Shown here piece by piece: positions 13,484 through 27,269 of a DNA stretch of 64,000 bases. The stretch comes from Felis catus (lineage: Eukaryota): the NCBI RefSeq assembly GCF_018350175.1, contig NC_058383.1:29452001-29516000 (forward strand). The letters run 5' to 3'. The notes beneath the pieces were generated by a model, which had not been told where the DNA came from, did no database searches, and saw only the letters and a list, made by a program, of their open reading frames with translations. Position numbers and translations under genes: made by a program. How positions within the stretch are numbered: position 1 is the stretch's first letter; every line of letters begins with the position of its first letter.

Positions 13484-13690
13484 CCAGTGGAGCACAACCA
13501 AGGGTGACTGTGTCACCCAGGGAACAATGTCTGGAGACATGTTTGGTTGTCACAATGCAGCAGGACAGGAGGTGTGCTACTGCCATCTAGCACGTAGGGT
13601 CCAGGGATGCGGCTAAGCATTCTATGATGACTCTTGCAGCGACAGTCTCCCACAGCCAAATGTCAGCAATGCCAAGGCAGGAAAACCTGG
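13484..13690. mobile_element. MER20 hAT MITE
   Basis: caatgtctggagacat..ttggttgtcacaa...tgctactgccatctag...ccagggatgcggctaa...ccaaatgtca pattern. Confidence 0.8.
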
Positions 13691-14200
13691 GGGAGATGTT
13701 TAGAACCGTGTAGAAGTTGACTGCTAAAGCAGGGCAAATGTCAGGGGTCAAAAGCCAGAAGCCAAGGAAGTCAAATGTCAGAGGTGTAGGAGAGTGGTAA
13801 ACACCAGGTCATTGGATAAGCAAAGAAACAACGTCAAGAGTGCTGAGGTTGAGGAACTTGCTCTGGACAATGAGCAACGTAATCACACCACAATGCCAGA
13901 AGAGGATAAAATGCCGTCCAAATACGAGGTGCAGCATCTAATCTAGAATCAGGGGTGCAAAGGTGCCCTCGGAAGTGACATCTAATTCAAAACCTGAAAA
14001 CCAGATGAGTTCGAAAGGGATGTGGAGACGAAGGCAGGGTAAAGGGGCCATTCCAGACAGAAGGCACAGCCGGCGGCCAAGCGGGACTACTGAACGGAGG
14101 AACACATCTGTACGGCGGAAAGTGGGAGGGGCTCCGGGGCTGGAGAGGTGGCCGGCCCGATCATAACGGGCTTGTGTGATGGCTTAAGAAACACAGACGT

Positions 14201-14460
14201 GGGGCGCCTGGGTGGCGCAGTCGGTTAAGCGTCCGACTTCAGCCAGGTCACCATCTTGCGGTCCGTGAGTTCGAGCCCCGCGTCGGGCTCTGGGCTGATG
14301 GCTCGCGAGCCCCGCGTCGGGCTCTGGGCTGATGGCTCGGAGCCTGGAACCTGTTTCCGAATCTGTGTCTCCCTCTCTCTCTGCCCCTCCCCCGTTCATG
14401 CTCTGTCTCTCTCTGTCCCAAAAATAAACAAACATTGAAAAAAAAAATTAAAAAAAAAAC
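14201..14460 (+). mobile_element. Young felid CanSINE with internal 34-bp duplication
   Basis: Near-consensus; TSD aaacacagacgt. Confidence 0.95.
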
Positions 14461-14659
14461 AAAACACAGACGTTATCTTTAAGGCAGTAAGAAGCCACCG
14501 AAAGAATTTACACAGAGGAGTGACACGAACAAGCTTGTTTTAGGACAAAGGACTGCTAAGGAACTGAGTGGGAGGGAGCTCCTGACATCCAGACAACGGT
14601 CGTGGCCTGACCTAACGCTGCCCCTTGGAACGGAGGGGAGCCATTCAAGAGACGCTCAG

Positions 14660-14981
14660 GTATTAAGCACCACTCCAGTTCTCTGCCGAGTAATTCCAAG
14701 CCCCCAGACTCCAAAACCTTAAAGTTTTTACACAATTCATCTGTGGCCTAGCCTAACCAGAATTATGTGGCAGCAAACCCAGAACCTGAACTTACTTGAG
14801 GCTATTAATAGCACACTTATCCTATTTAATGTGAATATTTCAAGACAGGACAAATGCTTGATTATGGGGTGATGTCCCAGACCTCATTGGGTAGCATATT
14901 AACTTTTTAAGATTCAAAGAAGTCCGTATTCCAGAATGCAGCTGGGCCCCAGGGTTTACGATCAGGGACCGTGGACTTACA
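14660..14981. mobile_element. Possible Tigger-derived MITE (MER46C-like)
   Basis: Terminus gggccccagggtttacgatcagggaccgtggactta resembles the MER46C end; diverged. Confidence 0.45.
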
Positions 14982-16489
14982 CAAGGTGCCAAGTAAACCG
15001 TTGCCAAACTCCAGTGAACTGGGCAAAGCAGTTTTCTGGATGATTATTTGTGCAGAACATTTTTCTAAGTCACTACCCTTACTATCAACAGCATGACACT
15101 TCCAGATACCACATATATACATACCACATGATTTATTTTATGTAACTTTCCCTTAAAAACCTAGAACTTTGGCATACGATCCTAACAGACACAGCAGCAG
15201 GATATAGGGAAAGAACTAAAATCATTTCACCAAAATTTATCTGTTGACTTCGTCATTCTCCATCCTCCCCAGGACCGCCACACAGAAGGCAGAGTAGGTA
15301 CACTCAGTCACAGTGAACCAGACCTTCACCTTAGTAGAGTAATTCCAAGTAAAGCCAGTTAGGAGTTGCAAGAGCCTGAGGTACCCCTTTGTACTTGTGC
15401 CAGGTGGTCACTGGGCACAGCGGCAGTGGCGAGGAGGGCGAGCCTGGGTCCCGCTCTCATTCGTTCCCTCCTTCCCTCCACACGTATCTGTGTCCCAGGG
15501 ACTGTGTATTCTAGGTGCTCAGCATCTAACACTTCGTGAGACAGACGTGGTCCCTCAGAGGTTATGAATTTTACCAGGGCACAAGGAGATGACACATGTA
15601 ATTACAACCAGGTGTAAGAAGTTAGGATGGGAAAGCATAATGATGACAACATGCAGCACAGGGACCCAACGAAGTCGGAAGGGAAGACTCTAGAAAGACC
15701 TCTTTGAGAAAGTGATACTGAAACGGAGACCTAATGTATAGTTAGAAATTTTGATCTGAAGGTACTAGAAAGAGAGGAAGAAGTTGAACTGAAGTAAACC
15801 AGACAAGAGGAGAAAACAGTGGTTGAAAACTAAGGGTGGGAGGGGAAAGCCAGAGAAGGCCCGAGCCAGCAGAAACACGGAGGAACACAGCCTCCAGTGC
15901 AGGCTGGACACGAGATATCGTCTATTCATCCTCCTGGAAATGGGACGACGCTTGCTCATGTTCTGAAGGTACTTTGCACTTAAAAAAAAACACCAAACAA
16001 ATGTGAGAAGTGTTTTTAAAATACTCAAACACTTATTTTATGCTTATGTGAGTGAGGGGAAGACGACCCTTCGAATGTAATAAAGTACACCTAAAATGCA
16101 CTTCAAGTGGACAAAATAAATAGTTGTGTACTGAAACACTGAGAACACTGAGAGTGAGTCGGAATGGTAAATTAGGTCAGCAGTATGCTGCCAACCTTGT
16201 AAAGCACTATGGTCTCTGGCAGGGTATAAGAAAATCCTAAATTTACCAGAAACGTAACTGAGATATTCGGATGTCAATGGAGACGACTTGGGCACATTAA
16301 AGTTTCCAACCACAAATATACCCGTGTAAATCATACTCTGTATTTTGAACCTATGACAGCCAGAAAAGCAAACGCTAGTGTTCTACCCCAACGACCCCAA
16401 GGAACCAGCCATTCACGGCCACCATGTTTATTCAGAGGCCCTTGTCATCCCACGCCAGAGTAGCAGACTTTTAAAAACTAGTGTTAGTT

Positions 16490-16714
16490 GGGCGCCTGGG
16501 TGGCTCAGTCGGTTAAACATCCGACTTCAGCTCAGGTCATGACCGCACGGTTTGTGAGTTCGAGCTCCACGTCGAGCTCCTCGTCCGGCTCTGTGCTGAC
16601 AGCTCAGAGCCTGGAGCCTGCTTTGGATTCTGTGTCTCCCTCTCTCTCTCCCCCTCCCCCACTCACACTCTGTCTCTCAAAAATGAATAAAAGTTTTAAA
16701 AAAAATTTTTTTTA
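16490..16714 (+). mobile_element. CanSINE
   Basis: Typical structure; small internal tcgagctcc duplication; imperfect TSD aactagygttag. Confidence 0.9.
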
Positions 16715-17576
16715 AAGAACTAGCGTTAGCCATTTTAGTTCTATCTGTGTAATACTTTTTATCCTGTAATTCAAGAGACCTTCCAAACCAAAAGAACTCT
16801 CAGCTAACTCAGTACACCCAGGAGAATCTGGGGGAAATGAAGCCTGCTGCACGGGGAGGCGCCTCACAACCTCACAGGTGTTACTTAGTTTCTCTGTGAA
16901 TAGGCTTTTCTTTCTTTCTGTCTTGTGTTAACTCCTCTCCTCCTCAGCCTCTGCTAGAGTCCCGTACTGACCACGCAGCCCCTCCTGAAGGCCTCAGCGA
17001 CTGGGCCTCGTGTGGACTCTCCTCTCTGCATGAGCCCTTGCCGTCGGCTGGAGAAGTTGGACTTCCCTCTCGCTTTCCAGGGTCCCAGAAATTCAGCTTC
17101 CTCGACAACGGGAACCTTCCCATCCTCTCCAACCCCCCACGAAACAATCCCATGCCAGACGCACCCTAGAACCCGAACTCTGCGACGACACTGTCTCCTC
17201 GTTCTTGATGTCCCTTGTACCTCTTTGTTCAGCCCACCTGCACTCCCTCCCTCTCTCCCTCCACCAATTCTACCTTCAACTAATATTCACCAAATACTTG
17301 CCTTTTGCCAAGTTCTGTTCTGGGTATGGGGGGAACACAGCACTTAAAAATTAAGACATAATAACTCACAAATACACGAATAAGGAAATAAAATGTATAC
17401 CGTCAAAGAGTGATAAGTACTATAGAGACAAACAGAAAGGCAGAGAATGGGGATGTTAGTACTTGGCAAGAGAAGCCCCATTTCAGAGAGGGTGGCCAGA
17501 AAATCCCTGGGAGGAAGACACCTGAATAACCCTAACCCTGAAGGAGGTGAGGGATCAAGCTGTAAAGAATACTCGT

Positions 17577-17962
17577 GGGGGCGCCTGGGTGGATCAGTTA
17601 GTTATGTGTCTCTTTTTTTTTTTTTTTAATTTTTTTTTATGTTTATTTTTGAGAGACACACACATTGTGTGAGCGGGGGAGGGGCAGAGAGTCAGGGAGA
17701 CACAGAATCGGAAGCAGGCTCCAGGCTCTGAGCTGTCAGCACAGAGCCCGACGCGAGGCTCCAACTCGCAAACTGGGAGATCGTGACCTCAGCCAAAGTC
17801 GGATGCTTCACCGCATAGGCGCCCCCATGAGTCTGACTCTTTTTTTAGGCTCAGGCCATGATCTCACGGTTCGTGCCTGTTTGGGATTCTCTCTCTCCCT
17901 CTCTTTCTGCCACTACCCTGTGCTTGCTGTCTCTCAAAATAAATAAACTAATTTAAAAAACA
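17577..17962 (+). mobile_element. CanSINE (+) interrupted by a nested antisense CanSINE (17613-17826, -)
   Basis: Head GGGGGCGCCTGGGTGG, then a poly-T and reverse SINE, then resumption at ctgactc...ggctcaggccatgatctc and an A-tail. Confidence 0.85.
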
Positions 17963-18039
17963 AAGAGTACCCGGAGTACGATGGGGGACAGAAACAGTCA
18001 GACTTCTGCTACAGACTGACCCCTCTGGCTGCTGCGTGA

Positions 18040-19460
18040 AGCACAGGCCGCAGTGGAGAGAAACCCTGGCTCGCTCTCACCTTGCTTCCCCTGAAGCCCC
18101 ATCAGGGTACTTCTCCGCCCCACAGCCCTCGAGCTACTGGACTTGGAGAGGGGGTAGGTATCATCCCTGCTATCCACCATCACTCCCCCACCTCCCCAGA
18201 GGCCCCTGGCTTCGAACGTCCTGTCATCAGACCGCCCCCACTCCTGTGGCTGCTATCCAACACCCCTCACCCCCATGACCGCCTGCCAAACCAAGAATAC
18301 TCCTCGGTCATCACTTTCATGCACGTACCCTCCGACCACCACCTCCTAGATTTCCAGCTCACTTTCGCCCATAACCTGGATCCGACAATCCATTCACCCT
18401 CCCGGGGCGTCCACGCCACTGATCCTACCACCCTTTTACTGTCCGTCATTCCTTGATATGGTCACTTCCCTCTTCCACTTAACAGCCAGTCCCTTCAACT
18501 GCACTGCTGCTTTGTGCCTGCTTGGCAGACGGTCGATGACGATTATATGAAATCCCACTCTGCCCCTGCCCAGGGAACAGCTGATGGCGTGGAAGTAAGT
18601 CCAAAGACTTCAAGAGCAGAGGACAGCTCCTGAGTAGGTGAGAGGGGCTGGTATCCAGCACAGAAGGGGCGCCGCAGACGGGGCCTGCGGGGGGTGGGGG
18701 AGGGAAAGCTGAGCGCAGGGCACAGGTTCTGCTGGGCGGCAGCGTTTGGCAGAAGCTGCCTTCTGGTTGCTTCTACGTTCCCAGTGGGCGGGAGCCAGGC
18801 CATGCAGTGAGAGTGAGGGAACGACAGTGGAGGGAGGATGGAGGAAAGGAGAGAGCAGCAGAGCAGGCCAGCGAATGACCGTGCACGGCCCGTCTTGGGT
18901 TACCCAGCCCTCCTCTGCCCTCACTCCTCTCTGCCAGCCTGGAACCGGGCAGGGGCGGCGGAGGGGAGACGGCCGCTTCACCGATACCAGTATTTAACTC
19001 CGCTCCCCCATCCAGATCCCTAAGGCCAAGCACTGCTGGACACAGTCTGAAAACAGAGAGGATTCTGTCCCCGACGCCCGCAGGTTAGTTCATTTCAGGT
19101 GGACTCCCAATGCTCCTCAGTAAATCCTTTACTCACCGCTGCTTAATGCCAATGCCAGAGCCCGCAGCACGTGAGGATCCCTACTTTCTTTAGGTTCCCG
19201 GCAACACCCCTTCACACTGAGCAGCTGAACGTGGCTTCTGTTTTATCGAGGGCAAAGGTCACTTGATGTGAGCGAGCTTCTTCACAACTTCCTTTCTCTA
19301 GGGTTCAAACCCCCTGCGCGTTTAACATCGACTGTCCTTTCCTCTTGGCTCACAAACGCTCTTCTCTTTGTTGTCCGGCTAACCCCACCTCTCTCGCTAC
19401 TTCTTTCGGCCCCAACCTACAGAGCTTTATTCAGTCATCCTACCCTTCCTGCCTCTTGAA
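18040..19460 (+). mobile_element. Degenerate L2 remnants
   Basis: C-rich strand with the L2-like motif ctccgaccaccacctcctagatttccagctcac; highly diverged, boundaries uncertain. Confidence 0.4.
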
Positions 19461-19898
19461 TTTGTTACATGTACAGGTTATGAAGAGAAAAAGGTATTCC
19501 AGATAAAAGAACCAACATCAACAAATGACATGAGCAGGAAGGAATATGGAAGATGCGCGAAAACAGCTATAAACTGGTCTCACCACACAGCAGGGTGTGC
19601 TGGAGAGTGACAGAAAACAAAGGTAGATGGGGAGGGTGGGACAGATCACAGTGCAGGCTGATCATTTCTGAACAGGGAAACACTCCTGATGGAAACAGTG
19701 TTTAAGGGAGATGAGACTCCGCACAGGATGGGACGGGAAAGGAGGGACTCGCACTGAAAACAGGAACAGGATGAGGGGGTTGGGGGCAGGGAGGGTGGAA
19801 GGCAAGAGGGTGAGGCAATCATCCTGACAAGTATACTGAGAGTCCGGTCAAATGCAGAGGCGGTGAGAAGGAAGAAAAGACAAAAGGCATTTCCCTTT

Positions 19899-20084
19899 GG
19901 GGCGCCTGGGTGGTTCAGTCACTTAAGCGTCTGACTCTTGGTTTTGGCTCCGGTCATGATCTCACAGGTTCGTGGGTTCGAGCCCTTACATGGGGCTCTG
20001 CACTGACAACAACGAGTGGACTTGGGATTCGCTCTCTCTCTCTCTCTCAATAAATACATAAACTTAAAAAAAAAAAGCAAAAAA
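19899..20084 (+). mobile_element. CanSINE (older)
   Basis: Head, tail and TSD aaaggcatttccc. Confidence 0.9.
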
Positions 20085-22209
20085 CAAAGGCATTTCCCAG
20101 GAAGAAGCAGACAGCACCTGGTGACTGACAGCACACCGTGGATACACGGCAGCCCGAGTCCCATGAGAGAGGGGTACGAGCGCTTGGGGATGGAAGGAAC
20201 GGTGCTCCACTGGTGACCTCGTTAAGGTCACTGCACTCAGAGGCCGAACGGGGCCAGGGCCTCTGAGACCATGTGATTCAGCCCCCTCACTTTACACATG
20301 AGGAAGCAGAGCCTAAAAAAGCGCAATGATTTGTCCAAAGCCTCCAAGCAAGTTGCCAAGGGCTGGAACTGGAGCCCTGACCCCTGCCTCCGTCTACTCC
20401 ACCTTGCTGCCTCCCCTAGAAACAATGCTGCGCTTCCGATTTGCCCACTGAAACCCCTGGGGGCCCCACCACTGCTGATGCAATTCGCCCGATGGAAGCG
20501 GCCGCCTGTGGCCGACCGTGGCCTCCGCACTTACCTGATCCAGGAGAGTCAGCTCCTGACCATCAGGCAGATAGCTGCTGGGCTGACTCTACCCCAGGAC
20601 GTTCCTGAAGATGAGCCTGCCTTGCCCTTGCATGGCTTGCCCAGCTCAGACTGTGTCACGTCTTTGGATGGTTTTGCAGTTTCTACCAAGTACCAAGGTG
20701 AGACAGTAAACACGACATAACCCTACTCCAGGGATCATTAACGTGATTTGGAAACTAAAGGGCAAACTATTGACCCTTATTGTTTCCTTCTCCCCTCCTG
20801 TTCCTACTCGGTGACAGAAGTTCGGATACCGTTCGCCCCTTCTGTGTCGGCAATCTTAAACCGTGCGTATGCTTTCCTGGCAAAGACTGCAGTGGTGCTT
20901 GGTATTCTTCACAGTGGCAGCTCACAGACCTCCGCTGATAACAAAAAGTCATCCATAATATTACTAGCAAGGCTTCTACATTTTCTTTTTCCCAGACGAT
21001 GTTGATTAGCAAGACAGAAGTTTCTAGGTAATTTCCCGGTGAACTTTGAGCCTCGACAGAGGTTAACATGAGTATAGCTTCCAGTGTCTTATGGGAAACA
21101 AGCACAATTATTTACACTAAATAAATACGGACAACTTACTTGTCTCATTTCCTCTGTCAGTGTCAAAAAAAAAAAAAGACTTCAACAAGCTAACACAGAC
21201 TTCAGCAAGCCATCCATATTGAAAGAGATATTTGGAGCGGACTATCCTGAACTACTTGAACTTATTAACAGCTACCTGAATGAAGTCAGTAGACAATCCG
21301 GAATAATTTTATCACAGAGGAATTTAGTATTATTTTTTTTTTCTCTTCTTGCTATTTCAAAGAGCTGCAATGACAAAAAAATTTTTTTGAAGAAAAAATT
21401 ATAAAATCTGCCAAATCCTTCCTTGGAAAAAACTGACAATTCTGTGTTTTCAAAGAACAGTTTTCAAAGACCAGCCCCCACAGAAACGACAGTAATGCGA
21501 TTAAAAGGTACACAATTTAGGTGCTGAACTTGACCCCTCAGTTTGTTTTCTTCCACCTTTATTTCCTCATACTATCCACTCTGAAATTTATTATTTTTTA
21601 CCACATGCTGTGAGCACCTCAAAAGCTTATACTGAACCTCTGTTTGCTTTGCAGCCTCAAGATTCTCCTTTGTGACTAAGTGTTCAGTTTATTTTCACAC
21701 ACGTAAACTAAGCCCTTGAACTTGGGGTGAGGAAAAGCATTGGGCTCAAAGTTTGGAAAGGAAGGAACTACACAACAGCTTCCTTTAGAACAGCCTGCAT
21801 TTTCAGCTTCCTGTATGAAAATAATGTTGTATTTTTATAGTAATTGCTAAGAAACAATGAAGAAATTATAATCAAGCCTTTAGATAGTTAAGCCTCAAAT
21901 CCCTTAAAGAGCAAACAATTTCTTCCAGTAATTTAGATATTTAAATCAAGCAAAGAACAGGAAAAGAGATGAATAAATAGAAATGTGGTACAAATCTTAA
22001 AGTGGATTATACAATTTTCGGATTACTATAAGGAGCTCACATTTTCTCTCACTGAATGACAGGCATTAAGACTTTCAGCTTTAAAAATCCCAAATATCAA
22101 GCTATTGCATTTAGTAGAGATGACGGGGGAAAGGTTTTCTTTGTCAGTGCAGGGGATGCGACCGTTGTTGTGAAACTGTTTTGATTCAAACACATAAACA
22201 CAGACACGG

Positions 22210-22216
22210 GCGCACG

Positions 22217-22253
<37 letters not shown>
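22210..22253. repeat. (GC)n(AC)n microsatellite
   Basis: Alternating purine-pyrimidine tract. Confidence 0.95.
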
Positions 22254-22255
<2 letters not shown>

Positions 22256-25200
22256 CACATTTATTATTAAACACAGCTTTTCAGTCTCTAAGTGAAGCAG
22301 AGATAATTGAGTATTCTGTTTAAAAACAGAATTCGAATGCCCCCGGAACCTGGGATCCGAGGGGAGAGAGAAGACGCCTTCTCGGGGCAGGCTCTCGCGG
22401 GCCTCTGTGCCACAGCACAGCCACAGGCCCGGCAGTCGGCTTCCACGGTCACCCCTCACACACGGGTTTCAACAGCTAACACGTGCACCGCCAGAAAGCA
22501 GCTTCTGCTGTTCGTCACTCTGGGTTCTCTGCACGCATAATTCAGTATGTTACTACCATGCATTTAGAAGTTTCCTACCAAGGGTTGTTAAACGAACGGA
22601 AGCTCATAACAAAATCCAGCCTCTTGTTCTCCCCGTATTCTTGCCTGCATGCTGGCGCTTCGTCTTATTCACGCATTCGAGATTCAAGTGCGGGAGAGAA
22701 CGTCATTCCCCTGGGCCACTCAGGAAAGAGCAACACAGATGTAGAAAGCTCTAGAACAATTTCCTGGATGTTATTTAACCTGCCCTGATCCCACAGCATC
22801 CAGCAGCCGACCTAGCAGCTGGTTCACAAATCCACGGCCCCGCGGAAGCATACGGCCCCTGTCTAGGAGACCAAAGCCAGGCGGACAGCAGCCCGACTCA
22901 CAGGAAGCTCCAACACGGCCAGCACCACAGTCCACTGCTACGGCCCAAACTCCGCCAAGGAGAGGGGTGCCTGGAGGAGAAGCTGTGGTGGCCAATGTCT
23001 GGAACGAGCGCTCAGGGTTCCCTGTCCCTACCTGGCATCAGACACCTGGAAAAGACGACGAAGGAAGGTGCGCCTTCACAGTTCCCAATAACCCTTACCA
23101 TGTCCTCTCCCTGGAGCACCCTGTGCCGTACTGCCCCCGGCCCTTCTGCACCCTCCTGGCCGGTGACCGCCACCCCACGTGCACCTTATTCACTGGTTCA
23201 CTCTATCTTTTCATGCGTCCACTAGGGTCTCAGGTCAGCAGGGTGAGGAAGGTCATCTGCTCGTCTCTGTGTTTATCCTTGGTTTCCAGCACAGTAATTG
23301 GCACGGGGCAGTCCTTCAGTATTTGTTACTGAACTTTTTGTTGGCGAGTTGTCAGAGACCGAAATGAAGTCTATTTTCTAGTACGTTCACCTCCTAGCCC
23401 TGCCCCCAACCATGCCTACCTCCCACTCTGTGCCTGGTGCTTATTCCTCATATCTGATGAAAACTACTATCGGGGAAGGATATAATAAATCCCTTCAACG
23501 TGAAAGGAAAAAGACAGATATGTGGTTGACCTCTCCTAGTGACCCTACAGAACGACGGCATGTCAATTACCTAGATGTGAATGGAAGAGACTCCCGGTGG
23601 CAGCCCAGAGGCACACCGCGGGCAACTGCTTCCCTCCTACACACAGCCAGACCACTGCCTGAAGTTCTCAGGTCCGTTTTTTCCCTGCGTCTTCGGCACC
23701 GCTGGCTCTGCCATCTCTGTCCCTGGTGCCCTACACCCACCGGAAAACATGACACAACTTTAAATAACATACTGAACAACTGCATGACAGCCATACAGTA
23801 CCCTTCACTTCCTATCTGTCCCCTTACATTCTCGGCAAAGGCAGGAGCTGCCTGAGGGCAGGAGCCACGTGTACTTCTCTACACTGGGTCCTAGCCAATG
23901 CTGAGCACACAGTAGGCATGCAACAGGGCGTTACACACAAGATTTGCAATCCAGCAAGCATGGGAAATGTTTTACAAACAGACTACCCTCACTGTTACAA
24001 AAGCATCCAAAATAACCAGAAATCTGGAATGAGCAATGATAATATTGATGCCGTTAAAAAAGCAACGCACGTTTCCTTACAAGCTTTACTAAATGTCAGA
24101 CTCTGAGCTACACCCTCCACAAGACAGTCTCTCATTTAATCCTCATGATGTTTGGAGATGTCCAACACCTCAGTTACACTGTGAACTGGGGCAGTCGGCA
24201 GACTGACTGCAGAGAACATTCAAATGGCTCATGAATTCAAATATTTAGCATCCCCCAAATATTTCCTAACAGTATGGCTAAGAAGATGTAAAGCGATTTA
24301 AAAGAACTGCTTTAAAATACCTTTTCATCTCTGAGCCCAAACCCATGCAGTTTCCTTTGTGGGCACAACACCTCTGTCCCACCTCCCTGTCTGTCAGACA
24401 AATCTCGCACACACTGAAAGTCCGCTCAAGCATCGCCCAGCTCCTGCAGTGCTCCCACGGCACCTCGCACACGTCCACATTCTACCAGCGGCCCTGATCT
24501 GGTCCCTGTGTCTGATTATTTCCCCAGGAGAATCTGAGCTCCTGGCGGCAGAGAACCTTGTCTTTCCATCTGGGCACCCAGGTCTCTAGCACACCATCTA
24601 CCGCACAACAAGTGCACGGTCACTGTTGGTCTTCGAAATAGTTGTAAGAGTAGCTTTACAATTTTTAGTTTGCAACGCCTATGTCTCACAGAAGATCTGT
24701 ATCAAGATCAACATCATAACTTTCAACTCAATAATTTAAATCTGTCTCCATAGCAACTCGGCAAAGTGCTTCTTACAATACTGAGAAAGGCAGGCTCTAA
24801 CTTCAGGTTCAACGCACTGAAATACTTCACAATCATTTGCTTTTGTTCTTAGCAGGAAGAGACAGAATGACAGCATTTAACTCTCTGTAACTTCTAAGAA
24901 CACTCTAACTTCACCATTAACAATAAATCAAAACTTATTTTTTTCTAACATAACTAGACTGTCACCTCCATTAATAAAGAGACAGCATCTTATTACTTCC
25001 CAAATTGAAAGTGTCTGTAAGAGAACAATACATCTAATGAGGGCCATAGCTGTATTTCAGACTCTGACAGACCAAAAGATATAAATTGTGACACTCTATT
25101 TTTAAAGTAAACATCACTTCTTTCTGACAGTTGACCTTTTATAAAAGATGTCATGGACAATTCTAGAAGAGATTAGAGGAGAGACTTCTACGGGCGAATG

Positions 25201-27066
25201 TAAAACATGGCCCAAGTTAGGCAAGGGGGTGACATAAAACAACTCAAGACCTCTATCAGTTCAGTAATTTTAACTCAAAGGCAAGGTAAAATGAACTCGA
25301 CTTTTCATCTTTCATTATAATGGCTGCGTGCTTTCTGAAAGTTTGCTGATTTCCAGGATATTAAATTTCAAGTTCTGGGCATTTGTTCACTTTTTTCCCC
25401 CCCTTAATACTTGGTTGGTTCCCTTCCTTCCTTCCAGCCGCTCCCTCCACCCCTAAGTATTAGACCTCTAAAAACGACTGGTGGTACCCTGACGGCCCTA
25501 AGTTCTTGTAAGGGTAACAAAGCAGAAATGTAAATATACCTCATGGATAGGCTAACTCTACTAACTATACACTCCTATTTCTTTACTACAGATGCCAAAG
25601 AAACATAGATGATGACCACACATCCTACCTGGAAAAGCTATCTAGGGAAGGGGAGTTATTAAACCCTAACGGAAAAGATCTTATCCGAAATTTAGTATCT
25701 TTCAAAGCTTACGTTGAAAAGCCCGTCCTTCTCAGATTTTACTCCCGGAAATAATGGTATATTAACAGAAACAATACTCATTTTTTGGTTTTGTTTTTTT
25801 ATGACAAATAGGATGCTCCGCTTTATGGGTGAAAGCTCAACAATTTAGATAATGAAGGCCTCCGATAATGCGGAGACTCACTGATACGCTTAAAAGGCAA
25901 GATTCAGCTGCAGGAATACACGAACAGAAATTCACCGCGCTGTCCTGGTGAGTGCAGAATACACAGACATCAATCCACTGCATGAGCCTCATTTATCATG
26001 TTTACTCATGACTGTTTCTGCTGCTTTTGAGCAGCATCCGAGGAACATGAATTTCAGCAGTAACTTAGGAGACCAGGTCACCTGGCTTCCAGAAGTCTCT
26101 ATCAGAAACTCTAAAAAATGGTGAGAAGAATGAGCAAATAAACTTGGCCCACACATTCAAACAATTTATCCTTTTATAGGTCCCTCCCACCTGAATAAGT
26201 AATGTTCAGTCTTTTGGGCTGAACTATGGTTCAGGACCTCACACCCCAACATTCTCCATGCTACATACCACGTCAGAGTTCACTTGTAATTTGTGCTTGT
26301 CAGTTTTTTTTTTTTTTTTTTTTTTTTTTATTCTGGCTCAAGAGCACCCTTTGAAAAGAAATGGTCATCCATTCATCAGGTACACTATGTATGAATACGT
26401 AACATCATCAGGTAATTTTGTTATTTTTTTTTCCAGTAGCATATCGTAGTCTCTGTGCCTCAGCATCCAGAAACCAGGCAGAACTTAGCCCACAGGGAGG
26501 TTCAGTACCACACGACTGACTCAGCACAGCTTTAATTCTGTGTAGTACCCTACAGTACAGAAAGACGAAGCAGGGGCCAGTCGCCTCTTTAAAAGTGCTC
26601 CTTCAGTTCCAATAATTTCAATTTCAGCACCTAATTTGCTGTGGCTCTGCTGGACTGGCTTTGTGAAGGCATTAAAAGCGGACTGTGTTTGTAGCCAACT
26701 GGCCTGTGTACCTAACGTAAAAGGGTAGCTACATCACAGTGACATCCCATTCTGATCGCAGCGGTGAAAATGGGACTCCATGGAGGTATCCCAGGGATCC
26801 AAACAAGTCCGTGGACCTAATAAGCACAAGGTAATACCACAAAGGCTGTCAATAACACTAAGAAAACACCTCAGCTCATTCTTCTCGCTCAAATGTTCCC
26901 GGAGTGGAAAAAGAGAGACGAAGACGAAGAGGGAAAGATTCAAAGAGAGAGATGAGAGAAGAGAAGGGGATATGAATACATTTATTAGATAAACAGTATA
27001 TCCTTACTCTCTGAACATTATGCATCAAACTCAATGTTTCCTATATAACGCCATCTCCCTGAGCAC

Positions 27067-27269
27067 TTTTTTTTTTAATGTTTATTTATTTCTGAGAGAG
27101 AGAAAGCAAGCAGGGGAGGGGTAGAGAGAGAGGGAGACTCAGAACTCAAAGCAGGCTCCAGGCTTAGTGCTGTCAGCACAGAGCCTGACACAAGGCTTGA
27201 ACTCACGAACTGAGATTAATGATGTGAGCTGAAGTCAGAGGCTTAACCCACTGAGCCACCCAGGTACCC
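27067..27269 (-). mobile_element. CanSINE
   Basis: Reverse orientation; TSD tcccygagcac. Confidence 0.9.

Noticed and set aside
25800..26100. Unique-looking block that might be a conserved enhancer
   Set aside because: No motif or structure I can support without a multi-species alignment.
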